DNA from: a virus
Lineage: Duplodnaviria; Caudoviricetes
DNA length: 25,616 bases
Virus record (IMG/VR): IMGVR_UViG_3300000756_000046
Location: 1-25,616 of that record
Direction: 5' to 3' (one strand)
Shown here: positions 16,301 to 24,563 of the stretch, one piece after another
How the letters are laid out: the number at the start of each line of letters is the position of its first letter
How positions within the stretch are numbered: the first letter of the stretch is position 1
The notes under the pieces: generated by a model
Told to the model about the DNA's origin: nothing
Databases searched by the model: none
The model's input: only the letters and a program-made list of their open reading frames with translations
Position numbers and translations under genes: made by a program

Positions 16301-19300
16301 AAGATAAAGATTCAGAACCCGTAGCGGTTTGAATTTTAACAGCCGGTTTTAATTTACCAATTGTCGGATATGCGCGATTGATTTGATTTATGTCGGAAAT
16401 AGGAATACTTGCTTGTTGCAATTTTGGCAATCTTTGACTAAAAGAAGTATTAAATATATTATCGAGATAAGTATGTAAATTAGTAATATTTTCTGATTGA
16501 CTAAATTTACTTAAATGTAAAATTAACTTTTCTCTTTGTATAATTGAATTAACAATTTCTTCAGTCAACTTTTCCAAATTTACTTTTACTGTGGCTGTAG
16601 CCAAAGTAACATCAATGCCTAAAGCATTGGCAACACCCGTAATGTCAATATTACCATTAGCGTCAAGAAGGGATCCTTGCAATAAAGCAGGGTTAACTGG
16701 CCCTGTTGCGCCAGTATTGAAATTAATAACCTGTACCCGAGTGCCTACATCTTGAGCATCATATTGTTTCAAAACATCAAAATTTGAAAAAGCACCAGTT
16801 TGTTCATTAGCCATCAATAAAGCTTGTTCTTTTATAATCCTATCATTTTCTAATTTATCAATTCGGAACGGACCAAAAGGATTATCTAATCCCATTTTGC
16901 TCACTTCATCAATTGGTAAATGTTTGCCTTGTTCAACGTAATCTATGAGTAAATTGTTTTTAATAAAATGTCTTGTACTGTCATCAACTATTTGCGTCAT
17001 GTGCGTATTGTGGAAATCAACTAATTCTTTCATTCCTCTTCTGGAATATGCAGTTCTACCCCAAGTAAGATTTCCATTAGTTCGTCGATTTGCTGCTACA
17101 AAATCTTCCCATGTTGGAACATTTGTTCCCATGTATTGTGTTTTTAAACGTTTTACAAATCCAGGATCAACACCTCTTTCATCTAGTTGTCTTAAAAGAG
17201 ATTGCCATCTATCTACTGAAGTTGTTTTTAAAACACCAGAAGCTTCGGAAGCATTTTCAGTTAAGACCATGTAAATCTGAAATAAAGGATCATTGGGATC
17301 AATATTTGGTACAACAGTTTTCCAATCTTGCAATAAAGGAATTAGTTGATCACTCGGCATGTGTTGTAAATGTTCAGGTGCTAAATGTAATTGATTTTGT
17401 GTTGCAATAAAATTAAGACCTTGATCATCAATTGCTCTTTCAAAATTACCAAGAACTTGAGAAGGCATTGCTTCAGAAGCTGGTACTACATCAAAAGCTC
17501 CGGAAATACTAACTCTTGTACCTTCTGCTTGTTGGCCAAGATATGGACTCATTGTTGTTGAAGAACCAACTTTATCCATAACAACTTTTGCATATGCCCC
17601 AACAAAAAGTTCAGAACTTTTAACAATTTCTGGAGTTACTCCACCAATCATCATTCTGCGTGCAGATGTTTTTCCACCAAGAGCAAGAGTTTGTATCATG
17701 CTCCTACCTCTTATTTGTGCATTTGCTAACGAATATGTATCGGTCAAATTATCTGCAGCACCCAACATCCAATTATAAAGAGGATGAGCCGTAACATTAT
17801 CTGGAAGAGCTAGACCACGTTCTAAAACGTTTCTTATGCTTGCTGTTGCATCTAAAAGAAAATACTGTGCAGCATTTCCTTGCATACGAGCCAATCGATG
17901 TTCAATCGGCCTCATCCATGCCATGATGCCGTATTGTTCTGCTACGGCCTTTTGTTCTAAAACCGTGAGAGCCCTTCCAGATTGTTTTATTTCTGGAAGA
18001 CTTTCGTAAAGTTTACCTCTAGCAATACTACGACCAGCATACTCTTGCGTAATATGTCCAATACCACTACGGGACACCCAGCCTATAAAGTCCTCTCCAG
18101 CGTTACGAGGAATAAAACCAAATTTTAAAAGAACAGAAGGCTTCCAAAATCTATTTTGAAAAGCGGAAATAGTGTGATGTTCTGGAATCCGACCAAGATG
18201 CCTTAAAACAGTGTCTGCTTCAACTGCTTTAGCAATTTCATGCAATTCTGGAACAACAACCCTGACAGCAGTATTAGAGTCCTGCAAGATTGTAACTGGG
18301 ATCAAACCATCAACACCATTAGGTCCCAATTCATATGTTTGTTTAATTTTGAAAAGAATTTCATCTGCAAATTTTGCTCCAGCTTCAGAAGAAGTCAATC
18401 CAGAAGCATTAAACATTGTTGCATAAAAAGAATCTATTGCTTTTAATTTTGCACCAATACCCTCGGCACCATTAATGGCAGAAATCCAAATATCTCGCAC
18501 ATACTTTGGCACATTACTAACAGTAAACATGTTTACCATTTTTTCAATATCGTCATAAGAATTTAATGCTGCTGATTTGCCAGACAGAGGTAACTTCATA
18601 CCTTCCCACATTGTAGCAAAAGTTTTTGCACCTGGAATTTTGGCAAATCTTTCACCAGCTTCAAATGCTCTTTTATTTAAAGCATTGCCCAATTTCAATT
18701 GGTCAAGATTGGATAACGAGTCTAATGTTGCAGAATCCATCAACTCATCAATTTGTGCAGTAGTTAAGAATTTTTTGTTAGCAGCTAATTTAACACCACC
18801 AAGAAAATCAGCCATTTGTCCAGTTAAATTTTCTTTTACAAAGAGTTGATATTTATTAATTCCTTTAAGATAAGTTGCATCTCTGCTTCCATGAACAATA
18901 CCTTTACCCTGCATAATCATTTTAAGATGATTTTCGCCAGTAACCCATTCAACAAAATTGTCTGCTGTTGCTGTGTCAATTCCTTGTGTGCGCATCCATC
19001 CCTTATATGGTTCCACAACATCTTTCATCCAAGGAACAAAACGATCCATTAAAGCTTTATCACCAGTATTTACTGATTTAGCAAAAATTTCATAACTACG
19101 TCTAATTTCTGGCAGTTCAGCAATCTTACTAAATCTACTCAGCAAATTAACTTCATCAGTTAATGCTATTCCTTTGCGTAATAATTGAGTTGACTTATAG
19201 CTTGCTGAAGCGGCCATAAATGGATCAAATACAAACCAAGAGGCGGCATCAATACTTCCTGAAACAAATCTATAAGCACTGCCACTTTGATCTAGTTGTA

Positions 19301-20411
19301 ATAAACCAGCTACATCACGTCCTAAACTAATTTTACTCTTTGATAAAACATCAACAGCATCAAGAAAAATTGGGTTTTGCAACAAGGAAGTCATTGTTGT
19401 AATTAATTCTTGATTTGCAGTTGTACCCGGATCTGATAATTCGTTGGCAATATTTGTTACGATTTCTACTGCACTTTCTTTACCCTCAGCAACATCCTTC
19501 GCAATACTCAACAAATCAAACTCATCATATTGTAAAGCAACTTTTTGAGCTAAATTAGTCAACCTATTATCTTGAAGTATATTTTGCGCATTTTTAATTC
19601 CACTTTTTAAAAAGAATTTATCGCCCTCATGAGCATCACTAAAAGTTTGCCACCAATCATCAGCATTACCAGTTACAACTTGTTTAACTGCAACAGCAGC
19701 ATTTGCAGCAGCCAATGCTTCAAGACCCACTACAGCAACAGTTCTTGCTGTAGCAACTCCTCGCAATAGCGATGCAACGGTCAGACCTGCACCTACGCTA
19801 GTACCACCAGTAACAGGGGCAGCAAGAGCACCTCCGACAACAACTGCGGCTGTAGCAAGGCCAAGACCAATATCTAAAGCAGATTGATTACGCGCTGTAC
19901 GATATAACCAACCTGGTACATTGCTAACTTCTTCTACTCCTTTAAATACTCCTTTAACTGCTCCAGTAACACCAGGAATTGAACCGAGGCCACCAGCAAC
20001 CCATCCAATAGGTTTTGTTACTAAACCAAATGCATCTCCCCAAAAACCATCATTATCAGTTTTATCAGCCTTTGGTTTTTCATAACCTTGTTGATCTAAG
20101 GCTTGTTGCTGTGTCGGAGTTAAATTAGAATAAATAGATCTTTGAATTGAAGGATCGTAATTTTTTATTTGACTCATTAAAGTATCTGCAGTAATAGCAC
20201 CATAAATTGCACCGGAGTTTTTATATATCTCCATGTCACTCATATCGGATTGTGCCATTTGCATAACAGCATTCATGTCATTTGCCATGTAAGGGTTATT
20301 GTTTACAATAGAACGTACGCGAAAACCTAAAGAATTGTCAGATCTATATTGATTTAAAATGCCTGTAACAGCAGATCTATCTATTTCAAACTGATCAATA
20401 CCTGTAGCCAA
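13350..20411 (-). CDS. Giant putative DNA-ejection / internal virion protein (2353 aa)
   Basis: 7-kb uninterrupted ORF with TTG start, mostly helical; N-terminal G/A/V-rich hydrophobic hairpin (LAAPVTGGTS); WKPSVLL..G..PRN and MPFW motifs; podovirus context. Confidence 0.7.
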   Translation of the reverse strand: MATGIDQFEIDRSAVTGILNQYRSDNSLGFRVRSIVNNNPYMANDMNAVMQMAQSDMSDMEIYKNSGAIYGAITADTLMSQIKNYDPSIQRSIYSNLTPTQQQALDQQGYEKPKADKTDNDGFWGDAFGLVTKPIGWVAGGLGSIPGVTGAVKGVFKGVEEVSNVPGWLYRTARNQSALDIGLGLATAAVVVGGALAAPVTGGTSVGAGLTVASLLRGVATARTVAVVGLEALAAANAAVAVKQVVTGNADDWWQTFSDAHEGDKFFLKSGIKNAQNILQDNRLTNLAQKVALQYDEFDLLSIAKDVAEGKESAVEIVTNIANELSDPGTTANQELITTMTSLLQNPIFLDAVDVLSKSKISLGRDVAGLLQLDQSGSAYRFVSGSIDAASWFVFDPFMAASASYKSTQLLRKGIALTDEVNLLSRFSKIAELPEIRRSYEIFAKSVNTGDKALMDRFVPWMKDVVEPYKGWMRTQGIDTATADNFVEWVTGENHLKMIMQGKGIVHGSRDATYLKGINKYQLFVKENLTGQMADFLGGVKLAANKKFLTTAQIDELMDSATLDSLSNLDQLKLGNALNKRAFEAGERFAKIPGAKTFATMWEGMKLPLSGKSAALNSYDDIEKMVNMFTVSNVPKYVRDIWISAINGAEGIGAKLKAIDSFYATMFNASGLTSSEAGAKFADEILFKIKQTYELGPNGVDGLIPVTILQDSNTAVRVVVPELHEIAKAVEADTVLRHLGRIPEHHTISAFQNRFWKPSVLLKFGFIPRNAGEDFIGWVSRSGIGHITQEYAGRSIARGKLYESLPEIKQSGRALTVLEQKAVAEQYGIMAWMRPIEHRLARMQGNAAQYFLLDATASIRNVLERGLALPDNVTAHPLYNWMLGAADNLTDTYSLANAQIRGRSMIQTLALGGKTSARRMMIGGVTPEIVKSSELFVGAYAKVVMDKVGSSTTMSPYLGQQAEGTRVSISGAFDVVPASEAMPSQVLGNFERAIDDQGLNFIATQNQLHLAPEHLQHMPSDQLIPLLQDWKTVVPNIDPNDPLFQIYMVLTENASEASGVLKTTSVDRWQSLLRQLDERGVDPGFVKRLKTQYMGTNVPTWEDFVAANRRTNGNLTWGRTAYSRRGMKELVDFHNTHMTQIVDDSTRHFIKNNLLIDYVEQGKHLPIDEVSKMGLDNPFGPFRIDKLENDRIIKEQALLMANEQTGAFSNFDVLKQYDAQDVGTRVQVINFNTGATGPVNPALLQGSLLDANGNIDITGVANALGIDVTLATATVKVNLEKLTEEIVNSIIQREKLILHLSKFSQSENITNLHTYLDNIFNTSFSQRLPKLQQASIPISDINQINRAYPTIGKLKPAVKIQTATGSESLSLVKWDSQTYNLATDYLDAATASIGHEAMVDHLMRFYSNTTQSHMRLTLTSTKPLYEEVAGRAVLIQPGTDLNNLLHRRFFDDDKFSKPLKLGDRNYFTQTAFDAGADSTVLHGLLQPALYDDYMAKARFELREPVAGSNEQFYKKIGDQWVVDEIPIDYVRLKTLNESHVRRTPSDSMPDFVLQSAMEDVAKLSTWDNFIRKGFGVIGDSIDAIVRRPMAFHAFHQARMRNLGNVEWLFKNTPIDRELGKLLDDAIANKIFPVANVQKFDRLGDAGRFAGKVHKIEGSELWTNREAFAYLKGFKTSDQEFQIFLDGLRANLPTATKDAVKAKALIKFLEKEKDDLSILLPADYSTWDLLKVIDSVLGEGSVAAGRATRKGVTGSNLLQTGFQKNIKDLVEKEIGWDVIQRAGKAQQNAFTQSLDYAAEYAINDIMPFIDSHQMRSQFSEWMRGYMPFWYANENFLKRWALMVTKDGPLGAAVLARKLVLTQNGLRTMGIVRQDASGKDYFVYPGSELLINAVEKLPFMGDLMPVSAMFQTPTDKMIPGFTTTNFGAPGLSPLIGLSMNTFGSFMTELPVFNNQMIRAYDDLKTEVLGEQQQTRGNLDYIVPSSVKNTLEAILDKGKGAERISSATMSAIAHLEATGNGLREGATAAEADEFVRTVRNHARIIVVSQALAGWFTPGPASTLQTTNDQSSISWLTDGKIDDAQALLSQDYYSLVTSLGIEAGTQKYLELYTANTVHDIINPSAYTVSKTETSGKAVLPGTEEGLDFYLTNKSTIDQYPTAGAWLLPQADSKDDRSKHAYDSELINGFRNMKTPEKFLNEVKFKEASHDYFKAKNGYEEKIIQLDLRGDYSLANQYSAEWDRQSLLFKSAHPIFTQYLEAGDARQRRDQILSELRYALDDPLFPKAKHFEGMKTMIDTFDLFIMQKRRLSLSGSGINNIMKKDLQDNFLMWSKDFINNNPGVETFWNTVIQPEIGL

Positions 20412-20413
20412 TT

Positions 20414-20827
20414 TTACATCCTCGACTTATCGGCTAAATACGCATAGATTGAATCACCAGTTTTAGCACTCAGTTCACGCATAATTGCACCAAGTTTATT
20501 ATTGCGTTGTTGTATGGTTGGTTGAGTATCAAAAGGAACATCTGGTTGATCATCTGGTGCAAACAAAACTCCACCTTGTCCTTGAAGTTGACTTTTCATA
20601 GTAGCCAAATCCATAGGTGGTTTTGGTTGTGCATCATCTTGAGGCACATCAACTTGTGCAGGAGCTGCTCCACCACTAGGTGCGGTTGGTGAATTTGCTA
20701 CCATATTTGGTGCAGGTAAGGATTGTTGCAATTGTTTTTGAACAAGACCTTCTCCATAAGTTTGTCCTTTAATTGCTTCAATTTTTTGTGCAGGTTGATT
20801 GCTTAAAGTTTTTTTAGCCCTAGGCAT
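20414..20827 (-). CDS. Hypothetical Q/P-rich protein downstream of the portal
   Basis: Start moved to ATG 20827 (MPRAKK) because GGAGGAG precedes it; overlaps the end of the portal by 8 nt. Confidence 0.75.
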   Translation of the reverse strand: MPRAKKTLSNQPAQKIEAIKGQTYGEGLVQKQLQQSLPAPNMVANSPTAPSGGAAPAQVDVPQDDAQPKPPMDLATMKSQLQGQGGVLFAPDDQPDVPFDTQPTIQQRNNKLGAIMRELSAKTGDSIYAYLADKSRM

Positions 20828-22667
20828 TTGGCGCTCCTCCACCTTGTTGCAAAGCCTGTAGTAATGCTGCTATTTTTTCTTTTCCTTGAGGTTCGCTTGG
20901 TGCTCCTTGTGCTTGTGGTCCACCCTGCATTGCCATCATTTGCTCAGGAGGGCCAGCCATACCTGGCATTGTTTCAGGTGGCGCAACCATACCTTCTGGA
21001 GCTGCTGGTGCTTCAGATGCTTGACGCTTACGCATCTCATCATCAGCCAAAGCGACTGCATCAAAAATATCTTTGCCATCATTCAAATGCTTTTTAATCA
21101 TTGTCGAAACAATAAGTGGCAAAGCCCCACTAACCAATTTCTGCAAAACACTTGATCGCAAGGCTTCATCAAAATCTTCATCCTGCACCAAACGCTCTTC
21201 GGCTTCAGGATCATCAATGTATGGATGCATAGCCCTAAAGGTTCTGCCCGATATAGCCTTGGCTCCACGCAAAGAACCTAGAATCTGAGTCTGTTGTGCT
21301 ACATCTGCCCCAGGCAAATTGTAAGAAACGGTATTATCAAGAATTTCTATGTGTTCTTGTGGCGTAAATTGTACAATACCCTTGTCTCCAGGCCATCCAG
21401 AATACATTGAGTATTTCTTATCTGGCCAATACGCCTTGTACGTTGCAAGGATTGCTTTATTAAGATGAGGAATCCAGGCTTCGCTGATTTCATGTAGTTC
21501 TTGAATACGAGGATCAACTGCCATGCCAGCCATGGCATCCATACCACGACCAGTACGTAAAGAACCGAAAGTTTCACCACCAAACGCTGGTACCAATCCT
21601 GACGATACACGGAAGTTTCTTTCAAGGCGGTCAATGGTTTGTGTGGTCCGTTGGTCAGGGGTAGAACGCATCTGCCCAATTGATTCAACGTCTTGAAGTA
21701 AGTTAATTTCACCTTCGCGTCCATCCTTCCATGCTCCTCCAATAATACGAGGCATACCGCCCGAACGACCAATGGCATACATATCTGGCCAGATAGCCTT
21801 TTCCTGTGCCAAAATATCTAAAGCCATTAATCGTGCTTGTAGGTCAACATTGCCTAGCATTGATCCAATTCGAGATGAAATACGACCCAAACTGACGTTA
21901 TGAGGCACAATTCCCGGACACATACCAATGCGGTTGGGATAACTTGGGGATAACTGCCTAAAAGGTTGCACCCATTGTCGTTCATTAGACATACGGCGAT
22001 CATCGTAAACTGGTCCGATAATGCCAAAGATTGTTTGATCTAGGTCATACCATTCAACACAATCCCATAGTTCTCGGCTGTCATTCTTGTGGATTGGTCC
22101 ACCAAGTTCTTGATGAGATAAAGGATAGGTTCGGCGCAAGTACTCAGCAGAGTGCCTAGTAACAAATGCCACATACTCAGGGGGTCTTAGTTCCTCGTTA
22201 GCCGTTGGTTCAACATAGGTTCCGAGAGGATCTCTGATCTCAATACGAGGTAAACCGTTATTAAAATCAGGTAGAACCACCAAACTACAGGTGTGATATG
22301 CCGCAAGTTGGCGATAATAACGCCTACGGCCCAGATTCCACTTGGAATTGTCGTAAGTCGCTGCCACAATCTTCCTACGAATGTCGGAATACTCACGTGA
22401 TCGTCGACCAGTATCTTTTCTAGGGTCAATAGCAGGGAAGATGTTAGTTGGGCGCACAGAAGCGGCGCGCATAGCCATACTGTCCACGGCTTCTGCAATC
22501 AAAGCAGGAGTTAACGGTGGCAAATTGGGTTCTTTATCGATATCTGGCATTGGCAAAATCCAATCACCGTCATATCGATCTAAAATATCCTTCATGCGAC
22601 TCAAAACAGGCCCCTGTTGGACCTGCATATCCTTAACCAGCCTCACGATATCTTCAAATGACCTCAA
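20820..22667 (-). CDS. Portal protein
   Basis: 615 aa directly after the terminase (TTGA overlap); mixed alpha/beta body; low-complexity M/P/Q/G C-terminal tail. Confidence 0.85.
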   Translation of the reverse strand: MRSFEDIVRLVKDMQVQQGPVLSRMKDILDRYDGDWILPMPDIDKEPNLPPLTPALIAEAVDSMAMRAASVRPTNIFPAIDPRKDTGRRSREYSDIRRKIVAATYDNSKWNLGRRRYYRQLAAYHTCSLVVLPDFNNGLPRIEIRDPLGTYVEPTANEELRPPEYVAFVTRHSAEYLRRTYPLSHQELGGPIHKNDSRELWDCVEWYDLDQTIFGIIGPVYDDRRMSNERQWVQPFRQLSPSYPNRIGMCPGIVPHNVSLGRISSRIGSMLGNVDLQARLMALDILAQEKAIWPDMYAIGRSGGMPRIIGGAWKDGREGEINLLQDVESIGQMRSTPDQRTTQTIDRLERNFRVSSGLVPAFGGETFGSLRTGRGMDAMAGMAVDPRIQELHEISEAWIPHLNKAILATYKAYWPDKKYSMYSGWPGDKGIVQFTPQEHIEILDNTVSYNLPGADVAQQTQILGSLRGAKAISGRTFRAMHPYIDDPEAEERLVQDEDFDEALRSSVLQKLVSGALPLIVSTMIKKHLNDGKDIFDAVALADDEMRKRQASEAPAAPEGMVAPPETMPGMAGPPEQMMAMQGGPQAQGAPSEPQGKEKIAALLQALQQGGGAPNA

Positions 22668-24412
22668 AATCTTGCTCCTAATGGAATAACGAGTCCAGTT
22701 TTAGTACCGGACCAGGGGATACCTTTTATTCTCCATGCATTTTCACCTAAATTGTCTAACGGTTGTTTCCATCTTTGTCTCCAAAGAATCCAAACGAACC
22801 ATAAAGCCATAACTCTGTCTTGTCTTAACTTGCTTCCTCTAGCTCCTGGCCTCCAAGCCTTCAGTTGTTTAATTAATTCTCCAATTTCTTGTCTTGTATA
22901 GTCATCTGCAGCCCACGGTAGCACAATTTCTCCGCGCATGAAGGATTCACACATAGATGGTACACCAACATTTTCATCATATTTGTTCCAACCAGTAATA
23001 TGTTCACGCATTGCGAATCCATAATGCTGTTGCATTTCTAATAAGCGTTCATCTCGCGCTAATCCAGCTTGAAAGTTCTTTGTTTCAATAACTACATCAG
23101 TTACACGGCCCGTGATGTTACAAGATTGGATAACACTGTCCAAAGCCTGCATGATCTGCTCGTTTTGTCTAAATCCTGTATCTTCACGTATTCTTCGGAT
23201 CACTAACTGCCCACTAGGGCTAACTTCGCAGGCAATCACACAGTTTTGTGAACCTAACGCTGGATCTAGCCCTATATAAACCACATTGTCTGTTGGAACA
23301 GGGTGACTCAAAGAAATAAGTGGATTAAGACAACCATCAATCATCTCATCAGTAAATGTCCTGTTGGCAGACGACGATCCAGGGTTCTGCATGTAGTTTC
23401 TGTCCCAAGCATCCTGACCAACCTTTCTTTTCTGCCTATCAAGCATTTCAAGGGTGTAACGCTCAGGCCAAAGCGGTGTCTGTATACCAGTTTCAAAGTC
23501 GGTCATGATTGCTTTGAATTTAATAACCTTAAGAATGCCATCTAGTTCGGAGTCATTGGCTAATCGGCTATAGATATCATCATCACCGACGCGCGTACCA
23601 GCAATTGTTGTAATTCCATGCTCACCAGGACGAGTTAAAGCATCCTGCCTCAACCATTCTTCAATCTTATTAGTTTGTCCAGAAGTTTTGACTGACTGCA
23701 TGTCGTCAATATGAAGATGGTCTGTTCGGGTGGAAACAATTGACGAACCTACACCCAATGCCATCATAGTGTAGTCACGCTCGTCGTGTTGAGCTTTTTT
23801 CCACACGTTAAAATAGTCAGCACCCCAAGGCTGACTTACTTTTGCACCCACACCTACTGGTGGACGAAACGGACCCCACCGTTCAACATACTTGGGGAAT
23901 GGGCCATTAGGTTCCATTCGGTTTTTGATTCGACCAATAATCTTTCGTGCAATAGATTGATTTTCGGATGCAACGGTTTGTCGCCTATTAGGATTTAAAG
24001 CAATCTGTTGGCACACATAGTTTTCAAAGGTTGTTGTTTTACCATGCTCTGGTGGCCACAACGCCATTAAAATATTTCCTGGTGGTAAAGATTCCAACTC
24101 TTGTAAAAAAACTAATTGGAACCAAGAAAAATCCATATCAAAATATTCTTTACCAAATGAAGCATGTGTGCCGTTGTATTCGCCAGGGACTTGATCTTCT
24201 TTGGCACGAACACGATCAATCTCGGCAGCAAACTTTTTATCTCGTTTACGCCATTGCCGATACGCTTCGTATGTAACACCAATTATTTTTAGAGAGTCTT
24301 GTAGCGACGTACCGCATTCAGTTAGTTGAATAAACTGTTGCTGTCTTTGAACGGCTCTTGAATGATTAGCGTTAGCGGCTAAATTTTTCTTAATCTCCGG
24401 CAACAGGTTCAA
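22664..24412 (-). CDS. terL: Terminase large subunit with N-terminal HTH-like extension
   Basis: Walker A PPEHGKTT, Walker B LHIDD, coupling motif AGTR, RNase H-like YIGLDPA and DRVMAL; LWPE and YMQNP motifs. Start uncertain (TTG 24412 or 24403). Confidence 0.93.
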   Translation of the reverse strand: MNLLPEIKKNLAANANHSRAVQRQQQFIQLTECGTSLQDSLKIIGVTYEAYRQWRKRDKKFAAEIDRVRAKEDQVPGEYNGTHASFGKEYFDMDFSWFQLVFLQELESLPPGNILMALWPPEHGKTTTFENYVCQQIALNPNRRQTVASENQSIARKIIGRIKNRMEPNGPFPKYVERWGPFRPPVGVGAKVSQPWGADYFNVWKKAQHDERDYTMMALGVGSSIVSTRTDHLHIDDMQSVKTSGQTNKIEEWLRQDALTRPGEHGITTIAGTRVGDDDIYSRLANDSELDGILKVIKFKAIMTDFETGIQTPLWPERYTLEMLDRQKRKVGQDAWDRNYMQNPGSSSANRTFTDEMIDGCLNPLISLSHPVPTDNVVYIGLDPALGSQNCVIACEVSPSGQLVIRRIREDTGFRQNEQIMQALDSVIQSCNITGRVTDVVIETKNFQAGLARDERLLEMQQHYGFAMREHITGWNKYDENVGVPSMCESFMRGEIVLPWAADDYTRQEIGELIKQLKAWRPGARGSKLRQDRVMALWFVWILWRQRWKQPLDNLGENAWRIKGIPWSGTKTGLVIPLGARF

Positions 24413-24548
24413 CTACTTCTGCTTTGGCTTCTCCTACAATAGAAATCTCCTGCAAGATCGCTTGTAGTACCGCAATTTGTTGAGCTTGGTTTGCAATTTG
24501 CGTTGATAGGTTTTCAATTACTTTATTAAAGTCTACTTGATTATTCAT
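24390..24548 (-). CDS. 52-aa coiled-coil protein (not in ORF track)
   Basis: AGGAGG RBS; MNNQVDFNKVIENLSTQIANQAQQIAVLQAILQEISIVGEAKAEVVEPVAGD; clear heptad pattern. Confidence 0.8.
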   Translation of the reverse strand: MNNQVDFNKVIENLSTQIANQAQQIAVLQAILQEISIVGEAKAEVVEPVAGD

Positions 24549-24563
24549 TTGCCCTCCTAGGGT

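Noticed and set aside
13350-20411. Tape-measure protein or virion RNA polymerase
   Set aside because: No periodic Trp/Phe tape-measure repeats, no tail tube or chaperone genes, and I saw no DxDGD or T7-type RNAP motif. A divergent enzyme domain is not excluded.
216-24276. Other plus-strand and nested alternative-frame ORFs in the track
   Set aside because: All overlap well-supported minus-strand genes that tile the window with coupled starts and stops; none has a recognisable motif.
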